Shown piece by piece: positions 56,126 through 64,000 of a stretch of DNA of 64,000 nucleotides; within the stretch, counting starts at the first letter, position 1, and each line of letters begins with the position of its first letter. The notes under the pieces are model-generated. The model saw nothing but the letters and a program-made list of their open reading frames with translations, did no database searches and was not told where the DNA came from. This stretch comes from a virus. The translations under genes and the position numbers were made by a program. The stretch spans positions 1-64,000 of IMG/VR virus record IMGVR_UViG_3300000117_000009; one strand, 5' to 3'.

Positions 56126-57015
56126 AAAAAATTAATGTACCAATTATTCCGAAAGATTTAGGCACAAGGTTCAAGTCGTCAGATATCTGGTTTGTTTGTC
56201 AAACAAACAAATTTGTAAAATCAATTAGACCGCCAAAGTATTCTAGCTTATATAACGGTAAAGCTCATCAAAGATTTGAAGAAGCTTATAGAAAGCATAT
56301 TAAAAATTATCCTGACAATATGTCATTTGTAAAAGCAAGCCTCTTTAATGCGACTAACATTGTAACGCCTAAGCAGATCTTGTTAAATCAAGGTTACACT
56401 TACTATTTTAAACTTTTACCTGAGCAAATCGAAAAATGCCTATTTTCAGTCACTATAGATGGTGAAAATGCTTTAGTAAAAGGTATTCAGGGTTTTGCAG
56501 GAGTATATAAGGTATGGAATGAGAGAAAAGACACATGTACTGAAGTAACATCTTATAGTGACAAGCCAAGTGATAATATTGAAGTTATTATTCCATTTAA
56601 AGTTAAACCTCAATATTACATACCAGAAGTCAAAAAAAGGACTTTTTATCACGGAAGTTTACAAAGATTTAGTTCTTTAAACAAGTTTTCTTACGTAACA
56701 CCTTACAAAGAAGACGCGATTAAATTTGCAATACCTTGGTCATCAGACGAGTTGCTTATAAAAGACAGAGAAATGTCAGATTTAGGTCGGCCGCCTAAGT
56801 GCCTTTACTTTAAAAGAGATATAGAAATAGAAGATAGTAAAGTTTATTTATACGCTATAAAAGGTATTGACACAATTAGCTCTGGAACAAATACAGGAAA
56901 AATCTTTCCTTGGAATAGAATAACATTAAAAGAAGCGTCTGAAGAAGATAAAAGTCTTAAACTTGAAAAGAAGATTATGTCTTGGAAAAAAGTGTTATCA
57001 GCTATTAACATTTAA
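56122..57015 (+). CDS. Two-domain protein with C-terminal ADP-ribosyltransferase-like (Arr-type) domain
   Basis: TFYHGS...L...YVTPYKEDAIKFA...VYLYAI. Confidence 0.5.
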   Translation: MKKINVPIIPKDLGTRFKSSDIWFVCQTNKFVKSIRPPKYSSLYNGKAHQRFEEAYRKHIKNYPDNMSFVKASLFNATNIVTPKQILLNQGYTYYFKLLPEQIEKCLFSVTIDGENALVKGIQGFAGVYKVWNERKDTCTEVTSYSDKPSDNIEVIIPFKVKPQYYIPEVKKRTFYHGSLQRFSSLNKFSYVTPYKEDAIKFAIPWSSDELLIKDREMSDLGRPPKCLYFKRDIEIEDSKVYLYAIKGIDTISSGTNTGKIFPWNRITLKEASEEDKSLKLEKKIMSWKKVLSAINI

Positions 57016-57469
57016 CAGGCGTATATTCTATATTACTGTCATGTTTTTTTAGATCAATTCTAACTTGCTCTAACGTATCTTCCCTGTCATCCCAAAACTT
57101 AACGTAAGTTATATTATCATTTGCACATATTTCATCTAATATTACATGAGACTTATAAATTGGTGCTCTTTCTTTTCTGTAAGCAGACTTAAAGTAACAT
57201 TGATCAAAATCGTTTAAAGACATATTGTTTTGATTTAAAAGCTCTTCTGTTGACATTATATATTCAGATTTATTTGTTCTTGCTGTGCAAAGTATTACTC
57301 TTGTTTGAGAATTACCTAGAGAGTTTTGAAGTTCAGCAACAATATTTTCTATCCAATCTTCTTTTTTATGATCGTATAACGTCATATCAAAGTCATAAAT
57401 ATGTAATGTATTTATTGGTTCTTTTTTTATAATATACTTTATGTAGTTTTCCAGTAGTAAATTAGACAT
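57005..57469 (-). CDS. HAD-superfamily phosphatase (PNKP / RNA-repair-type)
   Basis: IYDFDMTL (DxD), LCTAR, YKS, FWDDR. ATG 57469 with RBS GAGG; LLENYIK leader. Confidence 0.78.
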   Translation of the reverse strand: MSNLLLENYIKYIIKKEPINTLHIYDFDMTLYDHKKEDWIENIVAELQNSLGNSQTRVILCTARTNKSEYIMSTEELLNQNNMSLNDFDQCYFKSAYRKERAPIYKSHVILDEICANDNITYVKFWDDREDTLEQVRIDLKKHDSNIEYTPVKC

Positions 57470-57488
57470 AAAACCTCGGAGTAATTTA

Positions 57489-57908
57489 ATGGTAGATATA
57501 AATAGGCCTTCATGGGACAAAATTTGGATGCAAATGGCAGAAACTATTGCTCAACGTAGCCATCACCCAACTTTTAAAGTAGGTGCACTTATAGTAACGT
57601 CAGATAATACGCAAGTTCTTTCCTTAGGATATAATGGTCGCGCAGCAGGAATGTCAAACGTACCTCAATCTGATGAACCTGGGTGTAGTGGTTTATTGCA
57701 TGCTGAAATTAATGCGTTGCTTAAACTTGACTATAATAATCCTAAAGATAAGGTAATGTACATTACACTAAGCCCTTGCGAAAATTGTGCAATGGCAATT
57801 ATAAATAGCGGCATAAAAAAAGTAGTGTACAAAGATGAGTATAGAGACATGTCAGGTGTAGATTTATTGAGAAAAGCAAATATTACTGTTAATAATATAT
57901 ATTTATAG
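57489..57908 (+). CDS. dCMP deaminase
   Basis: KVGA, GYNG, HAEINA, TLSPCENC, SGIKKVVY...YR. Confidence 0.92.
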   Translation: MVDINRPSWDKIWMQMAETIAQRSHHPTFKVGALIVTSDNTQVLSLGYNGRAAGMSNVPQSDEPGCSGLLHAEINALLKLDYNNPKDKVMYITLSPCENCAMAIINSGIKKVVYKDEYRDMSGVDLLRKANITVNNIYL

Positions 57909-57933
57909 TAAAACAATATATAAAGAGGAAAGT

Positions 57934-60900
57934 ATGCAACATAGTTTATCAAAAATGCTTTTTGAAGATCAAGATCCTGCAAAAGATCTTATGGTTGATA
58001 TTACTAAAGCACGTGCCGTTTTAAAAGAAAATCGTCATATATTAAAAGAAAACTACGATTATTCAGATGAAGAAATTAATTGTCTAATTGAATCAGGAAG
58101 GCTTGATGAGATTGTGCCTCTTTTGGCTGCAATTCCTGGCGCGTTAGCTACTGCAGGTAGAGTAGCAGGTGCTGCTGCAAACACTGGTATTAAAATTGCA
58201 GCCAATGCAGCAAAATCAACAGCACAAGCTGCAGCTACTGGTGTTAGAATTGCTGCTCAAACTACAGTAAAAGCTGCTAAAGAAGTAGGAAAGCAGGCAG
58301 GCAAAACAATTATAAAAAAAGGTAAAAATATGGCGGTTGATGCAGCATCTAATTTAAAAGATAAAATCTCTTCTGAAGAAGAAGAAGAAGAATCAACTAG
58401 TGAGGCTATAGAAGAAGCGTTAAAAACTTTTAGTTTAAAAGGTGTAAATATTTTAAATGAAGAAAATATTTCTTCTTCTGCAAGTCAAGGTGACAAAGAA
58501 GGTGATCAAAAAGATGCTGAAGAAGGTGATCAAAAAGATGCTGAAGAAACAAAAAAGTCTGACGAAGAGAAAAAGTCTGACGAAGAGAAAAAGTCTGACG
58601 AAGAGAAAAAAGTTGGTGATACATTAGACATTAGCGATTTAATAGCAGAAAAATCCATTTCACATGCAAATATAATTAAAATAGCTAAAAGATCATTGGA
58701 AAATATTAAAAATCAACAAAACATTGTTAATATGAGAAAAGAATTTTCTCGTTATGATATTGAAAATCTAAGTGAAGAGGAAACAGAAAAACTTAAAGAA
58801 TATATTGAAAAGCTACAAGACGATCATCCAGAAGGAATGATAGATAGATCAAACTTTAAAAGCTTTTTAACTAAGCCACACCCTCAACCTGTTATTGGAA
58901 AAGCCATTATTAATCCTTTACAAATGAGATCAGGAGCAGATCAAAAAATAGCAGTTGATCCAGCAGATATTAAATTTTATCAAAAAAATAAAATTATACC
59001 TTTCATGATTAATTATCAAACGCAAGAGGGTCTGCAGACATTATCAGGACACTCACAAAAAAATGATTATGTTGTTGTTTTTATTGCACCAGCATTTGGT
59101 GCTTTATTAAATGAAAAAGATGTAGAAACATATAAAGCTTTTTTCCCAAACTATTCAGCTGAAGTTAATTTAGGTGAAGGACATGTAGTAATAGACTGTG
59201 ATGAAATTGCTTTTATGTATGTTGATCCAGTAAAAGAATTGCCAAAGCTTCAAACTTCTTTTATGTCTAAAGCACAAGAAATATTAAATAGAACTGAGAC
59301 TAGGAAAAGTGATGGTAAACCTAGTGAACAAGCCGTTAGTCAAGAAACACAAGATTCTTCTAGCGGAAAAACAAACGAAAGTATTTATAACAAGTTTATC
59401 TATCAAGGTGGAATATCACAGCTTTTAAATGAAAAAAATTCTTCGCTAGATGTTTTAAAATTTGTAAACGTAGCTAAGAACGAAAAGCCTCAGGATTTTG
59501 ATGAAGCAAGCTATCAATCTAGCTGGGAAAATTCAATGCTTGCCGAAAAATCAATTAATGTTATAAGAGACAGTTATTCTTCTTATTTACAAGTTCAAAA
59601 AGAAGAATACGAAGAAAAACAAGATAAAGACTCTCAAGAAAAAGCTGGTATGATTGGTAACTTTATACAAGCAGGCGGGAATATAACAAAAGGTTCAACA
59701 CAAGCATTTGGTTTATATGCTACAATTGGTAGCATTCCAGGTATTGGCGCTATAGGTGCAGGTGCTGCAGGTACAGCAGCACTGACTATGCTGCCTTATG
59801 TTATAGGTCTTTCTGTAGCAATGCCTGCCTTAACTAAAGGTGCATCTCTAGGTGCAAAAGCTTACACTTCATTTACATCAAGAAAAAGAGAAAAAGAGTT
59901 AAACAAATCAGAGCTAGATGATCAAATAAAAATAGTTCTTAAGCAACAAACGCAAGACGTTGGTTTCAACAGTATAGGGGACGAAGTTCAGAAGCTTGAT
60001 ACAGTTTTTAGTAGTATAAAACAAAAATTTACTAATGAAAAATATTACGCTGAAGATGGAAAAGGCGTTGACTCTGACTCTGAAGACTATCATAAGATCT
60101 CGACACGAGACTTTATGAAAGTATGTAACAAAAAACAATTATCATTTACTGAAATTAGCGACTTTTCAGGGTCAGAAAAAAAACAATCGGTGTTTACTGA
60201 CTTTTTAATTGGTTGTAACAAAGCTTTAAATGTAATTGATATTGAAATTGACGAAGTTGCAGGTATGGAAATTCAGACAAAAACAGGTAAAGATAATTTA
60301 TTGCAACGCGAAATTGATTTTGATAACAAACCTATTTTGAAAGAAGTAGTTGAGACAATGATGAAAGAGGTTGAAAAATTTCCAGCAGTTACTTTTAGAG
60401 ATCGAATGATGAAATCAGGTATTATTGCTAGACTTAAGTTAGGCGAGCTAGAGGCAGCTCAAAAAATGATAGAAGATCTTCAATCGTCTAGGTGGTCTGC
60501 AAGGTCCGAAAAGGTTTTAAAACCAAAAGAAAACGAAACAGAAGAAGAAGTATTGTCAGATATGTCTGAATTTTTAAATATACCAAAAGAAAATATTGCA
60601 AACGAATTTGAGTCTTCAAGAATAATGCCTATTACAAGCAGTATGATTGAAGCAATAATTGCTCTTCAAAGTGTTGTTTATAAAAATATGCGTTTAAGCC
60701 TTTCCAAACCCTTAGACGAACAAAATTTTAAAATTGATCAAGATATAAAGATTGTTGACTCCATTGAAAAAGAAAAGCAAAATACAGTTATGTGGAATGG
60801 TGCTGAAAAAATTGCATATATGATTTTACCTAAAAATGATTTTGAAATTCCTAAAGGTTTGAATCTCAAAGGTGATAACGCTCAATCGTTTCAAGATTTA

Positions 60901-61179
60901 TATTACGTAATGCTGCATAATGTAATCATATGTACTTTTTCTGATGGTGATCCAGATGAATTTGAAACTGTTTTAAATTTTATCATCAATGACATTGATG
61001 ATAAAACAAATTTAAAAGCAATGGAAGCATTTGTTATGAACAATTATAAAACATTAATGACTGCAGCAGCAAACGTTAAGAGTAAACTTAAAATTGAAAA
61101 TAAAGAAGTTTTTTATAAAAATAGTCTAGCAAGACTTTTGTTTGAAATGTCATGCAGTGAACTAAACTTTAATAATTAA
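57934..61179 (+). CDS. Large hypothetical protein with repeated [LI]xE sites and Gly/Ala-rich hydrophobic segments (candidate ejection protein)
   Basis: 1081 aa; LFE, LKE, LIE, LDE, LNE sites; IVPLLAAIPGALATAG and IPGIGAIGAGAAGTAALTMLPYVIGL segments. Confidence 0.55.
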   Translation: MQHSLSKMLFEDQDPAKDLMVDITKARAVLKENRHILKENYDYSDEEINCLIESGRLDEIVPLLAAIPGALATAGRVAGAAANTGIKIAANAAKSTAQAAATGVRIAAQTTVKAAKEVGKQAGKTIIKKGKNMAVDAASNLKDKISSEEEEEESTSEAIEEALKTFSLKGVNILNEENISSSASQGDKEGDQKDAEEGDQKDAEETKKSDEEKKSDEEKKSDEEKKVGDTLDISDLIAEKSISHANIIKIAKRSLENIKNQQNIVNMRKEFSRYDIENLSEEETEKLKEYIEKLQDDHPEGMIDRSNFKSFLTKPHPQPVIGKAIINPLQMRSGADQKIAVDPADIKFYQKNKIIPFMINYQTQEGLQTLSGHSQKNDYVVVFIAPAFGALLNEKDVETYKAFFPNYSAEVNLGEGHVVIDCDEIAFMYVDPVKELPKLQTSFMSKAQEILNRTETRKSDGKPSEQAVSQETQDSSSGKTNESIYNKFIYQGGISQLLNEKNSSLDVLKFVNVAKNEKPQDFDEASYQSSWENSMLAEKSINVIRDSYSSYLQVQKEEYEEKQDKDSQEKAGMIGNFIQAGGNITKGSTQAFGLYATIGSIPGIGAIGAGAAGTAALTMLPYVIGLSVAMPALTKGASLGAKAYTSFTSRKREKELNKSELDDQIKIVLKQQTQDVGFNSIGDEVQKLDTVFSSIKQKFTNEKYYAEDGKGVDSDSEDYHKISTRDFMKVCNKKQLSFTEISDFSGSEKKQSVFTDFLIGCNKALNVIDIEIDEVAGMEIQTKTGKDNLLQREIDFDNKPILKEVVETMMKEVEKFPAVTFRDRMMKSGIIARLKLGELEAAQKMIEDLQSSRWSARSEKVLKPKENETEEEVLSDMSEFLNIPKENIANEFESSRIMPITSSMIEAIIALQSVVYKNMRLSLSKPLDEQNFKIDQDIKIVDSIEKEKQNTVMWNGAEKIAYMILPKNDFEIPKGLNLKGDNAQSFQDLYYVMLHNVIICTFSDGDPDEFETVLNFIINDIDDKTNLKAMEAFVMNNYKTLMTAAANVKSKLKIENKEVFYKNSLARLLFEMSCSELNFNN
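58501..58605 (+). repeat. Coding tandem repeats: 24 bp x2 (GDQKDAEE) and 18 bp x3 (KKSDEE)
   Basis: GGTGATCAAAAAGATGCTGAAGAA at 58501 and 58525; AAAAAGTCTGACGAAGAG at 58552, 58570 and 58588. Confidence 0.95.
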
Positions 61180-61222
61180 ACAGTACTTCTATAATTAGTG
61201 TGTATATTAGGAGATTAAAATT

Positions 61223-61771
61223 ATGAAACTTGACAGCAAGTTAATGCTAAAGCTTTTAAAAGAAGAATACGACAAAAGAATAAACTACTATCTTGGTGAA
61301 GTTGAAACTAGAGCTAAACATAGTCAAGAAGACGGTGAATTGGTGCAAAATGCGAGTGGCTTAAAAGTTAAAGATAGAGCAGGAAACGTGTTTGTAATTG
61401 ATAGACTTGAAGAGCCAGAAGGAGGTGAAATATTAGTTTATTTAATTCCTCCAGGTAGAGAAGATTCAAACTTAAAAATACAAACACCTTCAGCGCCTAT
61501 GAATGATGTTAGAGAGGATAATCTAAGCCAAACTTATAGCTCATTAGAAGTTAATGAAAAAGAAGAAAACGAAAAAGAAGGCAAAAGAAAAATCGATGAT
61601 AAAAAGCCCGATCCTATGAAAAGCGGAGAAATAATCAAGCCAAACCCAAAAGCTAAGACTAAAAAAAGCTTTGACATAAAATCAAATGTTGAAAGCATAG
61701 ACTCTTATGAAGAGGTTAACGGGAGAATAGTTATAACATTAAAACAACTAGATAAGGACTTTACACTATGA
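61223..61771 (+). CDS. Hypothetical protein with LLKE leader
   Basis: 182 aa; RBS AGGAG; ATAATTA at 61191. Confidence 0.6.
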   Translation: MKLDSKLMLKLLKEEYDKRINYYLGEVETRAKHSQEDGELVQNASGLKVKDRAGNVFVIDRLEEPEGGEILVYLIPPGREDSNLKIQTPSAPMNDVREDNLSQTYSSLEVNEKEENEKEGKRKIDDKKPDPMKSGEIIKPNPKAKTKKSFDIKSNVESIDSYEEVNGRIVITLKQLDKDFTL

Positions 61772-62484
61772 ATAAACTAGAAGATATAATCAGTAAAGCT
61801 GTGAGTGATACTTTGCAAGAAAAAGGTGTTAACAATCATCATAATAAAAAGATAGAAAACCTTAATGAATCATATGTAACGCAAGTTGGAAGCTTTAATT
61901 TGCAAACTGAACTTCTTTCTTCAAAAACTAAAAAAGCACATCAACAACTTTTAAAAGGCTATGTAGAAACATTAAACAAAATTTCAGCAAGTTTAGACGG
62001 TGTTGACAAGTCTTCAGCAAACTTAAACATGTCTGCTTTTCGATCTCTTAAGATAGATGAAACATACAATCATAATGCTGCTTTTCTTCATGGTTTGTAT
62101 TTTGAAAACATTAGCGACTTAAGCAGTAATATTTCTGTTGACTCTTTGGCTTATATGCGACTTTCAAGAGACTTTGGCAGCTTTGATGCTTGGCAAGAAG
62201 ATTTTGTTGCTTGTTGCTTGTCAGCTAGAAACGGTTGGGCAATAACTGCATATAATACTCATTTGCAAAGATTTGTTAATACAGTTGTTGACTTACATAG
62301 TTTAAATGTAATGACTGGTATTTATCCAGTTATTATTATGGATTGTTGGGAACATAGCTATTATAGAGACTATTTAAAAGATAGAAAATCATATGTTTTT
62401 GGTATGATGAAAGAATTAAACTGGGAAGTAATAGAAAATAGAATTAAAAAAGCTGATGCGATAGCAAAAATAATTAAAGGTTAA
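61768..62484 (+). CDS. Fe/Mn superoxide dismutase-family protein with N-terminal extension
   Basis: AHQQLLKGYVETLN, LHGLYFENI, DFGSFDAW, NGWA, DCWEHSYYRDY; all four metal ligands are present. Confidence 0.88.
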   Translation: MNKLEDIISKAVSDTLQEKGVNNHHNKKIENLNESYVTQVGSFNLQTELLSSKTKKAHQQLLKGYVETLNKISASLDGVDKSSANLNMSAFRSLKIDETYNHNAAFLHGLYFENISDLSSNISVDSLAYMRLSRDFGSFDAWQEDFVACCLSARNGWAITAYNTHLQRFVNTVVDLHSLNVMTGIYPVIIMDCWEHSYYRDYLKDRKSYVFGMMKELNWEVIENRIKKADAIAKIIKG

Positions 62485-62487
62485 AAA

Positions 62488-63315
62488 ATGAAGAAGTCAT
62501 ATAGTAATAAAGTAACGCAAGGACTTAGAAAAAATAAAATTAATTTATCAATTTTATTCGAAGAAGATGACAAAGACGAAAAAAAAGGTGATGACACAGG
62601 TGATCTTTTTAGTGACGACAGCTTTAAAGATGATGAAAACAAAGAAGATAGTGCTGATGATGTCTCTAAAGATGATGCTGATCCTAAAGAAAAGCCTGAA
62701 GGTGATGAAAAAGATCCAGAGCAGGATACTGCAGAGCTGGATGAAGAAAATTTAAACAATCTTAGCGATCAAGTTTCTTATATGAAAAACTTTTTTGAAA
62801 AAATAAAAAAAGACGACGGCACGTCTTCAGTTGAAAACTATATTTCTTCAGCAGTTGCTTCAAACATTAATGCATCAGCACTAGCAAAATTAACAGCAAG
62901 TTTTTTACGTAAAGGAAAAAGCATTTCAAGTTTCTTAATGTTTGAAGAAAAAGCAGACAAAGAATTAGAAAAAGTTGAAGCTGAGCTGGATGATATTGAT
63001 CGAGTCCTTACTAAGGGTAGCGAAATTGTTGATAAATTCAAAAAGGGCAAAGATATTGACATACAAGGTTATGTTGACGCTGCTGTTAATGCTTATAAAA
63101 ACTTTGACAGCTTATTTGCAAAAGAATTAATTGTCAAACAAGCAACAATCAATGTTTTAATATTGAATAGTGGCGCAAAAGCTGAAATGAACATTAGAGA
63201 ATTTGAAGAGCTTTTTCATGAGGAGTTACATAAGCAATTCAATATTGAATACGAAGAGCATGCTTTAATAACACAAAAAAATGACACAGCTGCAGGAGCC
63301 AAGTCACAATCTTAA
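62488..63315 (+). CDS. Acidic hypothetical protein with ILFE sites
   Basis: 275 aa, D/E-rich tract after NLSILFE. Confidence 0.6.
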   Translation: MKKSYSNKVTQGLRKNKINLSILFEEDDKDEKKGDDTGDLFSDDSFKDDENKEDSADDVSKDDADPKEKPEGDEKDPEQDTAELDEENLNNLSDQVSYMKNFFEKIKKDDGTSSVENYISSAVASNINASALAKLTASFLRKGKSISSFLMFEEKADKELEKVEAELDDIDRVLTKGSEIVDKFKKGKDIDIQGYVDAAVNAYKNFDSLFAKELIVKQATINVLILNSGAKAEMNIREFEELFHEELHKQFNIEYEEHALITQKNDTAAGAKSQS

Positions 63316-63330
63316 TTTAGAAACTATTTT

Positions 63331-63627
63331 ATGAGAAAAAACAATAAACAAGTAAATAAAATTGTCAACAATAAAACTGTCCATGTCGAGCTACCTGGGC
63401 AAGTTCATAAAAAACTCAGAGCACTATTATTTTTAAATGAGTTGTCAATGCAGAAATTTTTTACTTTAATGGCAGAAAAATATGTTTTAAACGACAATTA
63501 TTTACATGATTTAGTCAATAAAAGAGTTGATGAAATCAAAGAAAATAATTTAAATAAACTTAGAAATATAGACGAGAAAGACTTGTATGATGCTATTGAA
63601 GAAAATTCTCCCTTTAAAAGCAATTAA
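63331..63627 (+). CDS. Possible ribbon-helix-helix DNA-binding protein
   Basis: KTVHVELPGQVHKKLRALL...SMQKFF strand-helix-helix pattern. Confidence 0.5.
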   Translation: MRKNNKQVNKIVNNKTVHVELPGQVHKKLRALLFLNELSMQKFFTLMAEKYVLNDNYLHDLVNKRVDEIKENNLNKLRNIDEKDLYDAIEENSPFKSN

Positions 63628-63874
63628 AAAAATAATAAATCAAAATATTGTTTTTAAAGACCAGATTGATAAACTTGAAGATGATCAAGTAAGAAGCAAT
63701 GTAGAAATTATTAATTTAAAAGAAAAAATTTTACTTCTTGAAAATCATAACAAACATGTTGTTGCAGATACTTTAATACTAGCACAAAATTTAGCAACAA
63801 TATATTCAGTACTTAACGAGCATAATGAAATCATAAAAGACACTGAAATAGTAAAAAAGATAACATATCACTAG
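63587..63874 (+). CDS. Hypothetical coiled-coil protein
   Basis: 95-aa ORF with a heptad pattern. Confidence 0.5.
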   Translation: MMLLKKILPLKAIKKIINQNIVFKDQIDKLEDDQVRSNVEIINLKEKILLLENHNKHVVADTLILAQNLATIYSVLNEHNEIIKDTEIVKKITYH

Positions 63875-63922
63875 CTTAATTGCATTCAATATAATATTTA
63901 TAAATAAAACGTAGGCGCAATT

Positions 63923-64000
63923 ATGAAATTAGTTAAAAAAGACGATCTTAGAAGATTAGCAAAGTATTCTTTGTTTGAAAACAATATTAATGAATTAAGA
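63923..64000 (+). CDS. Hypothetical protein, 3'-truncated (MKLVKKDDLRRLAKYSLFENNINELR...)
   Basis: Open to the window end; preceded by ATATTTA (63894); carries the shared leader. Confidence 0.6.
   Translation, partial: MKLVKKDDLRRLAKYSLFENNINELR

Noticed and set aside
13288-58605. CRISPR array suggested by the short repeats at 13288 and 58501-58605
   Set aside because: The repeats are head-to-tail with no spacers, are multiples of three, and lie in frame inside ORFs.
1346-63062. Short antisense or alternate-frame ORFs in the track (e.g. 2852-, 7055-, 14768-, 24591-, 50237+, 52347-, 62481-)
   Set aside because: They are nested in well-supported genes and show no recognisable motif; treated as shadow ORFs. 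Only the 3' part of 7381..7695 is retained.
1-64000. Stop-codon reassignment (alternative genetic code)
   Set aside because: Conserved genes are full length in the standard code, coding density is high, and TAA, TAG and TGA all end genes at expected positions.

Overview
This window is a 64-kb, AT-rich segment of a large (jumbo-type) contractile-tailed bacteriophage read in the standard genetic code. Gene layout: tail module at 1-20.2 kb (sheath, tube, a second divergent sheath, a chaperone with a probable frameshift, tape measure, baseplate proteins); replication/recombination block at 20.3-29 kb (minimal PolA, SSB, RecA, 5'-3' exonuclease, DnaB-type helicase) with DnaE at 50.7-54.2 kb; and many nucleotide-metabolism and repair genes. 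No tRNA, rRNA, CRISPR array, intein or intron was recognised by eye. Two candidate systems stand out. (1) A base-substitution/hypermodification pathway, probably acting on cytosine: a kinase fused to a minimal thymidylate-synthase-fold domain carrying the dCMP-type Asp, a dCTPase-like pyrophosphatase, a second ThyX paralog with a rewired active site, an NDT-fold hydrolase and an NDP-sugar epimerase. Several of these genes sit behind a shared GTGTAAA-N16-TATAAT promoter. (2) About 14 scattered genes that share an amphipathic [LI]-x-E leader, most also preceded by a candidate late promoter (ATAnTTA-like). They look like capsid-packaged, protease-matured cargo: two large ADP-ribosyltransferase-like proteins, a ligase-fold protein, a HAD phosphatase, a SOD and membrane-active proteins. 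Other points of interest: a 66-bp duplicated bidirectional promoter/RBS cassette, an RBS-sequestering hairpin on a homing-type endonuclease, and a phage-borne minor-pilin/vWA protein. All protein calls come from motif recognition only; no database search was run.
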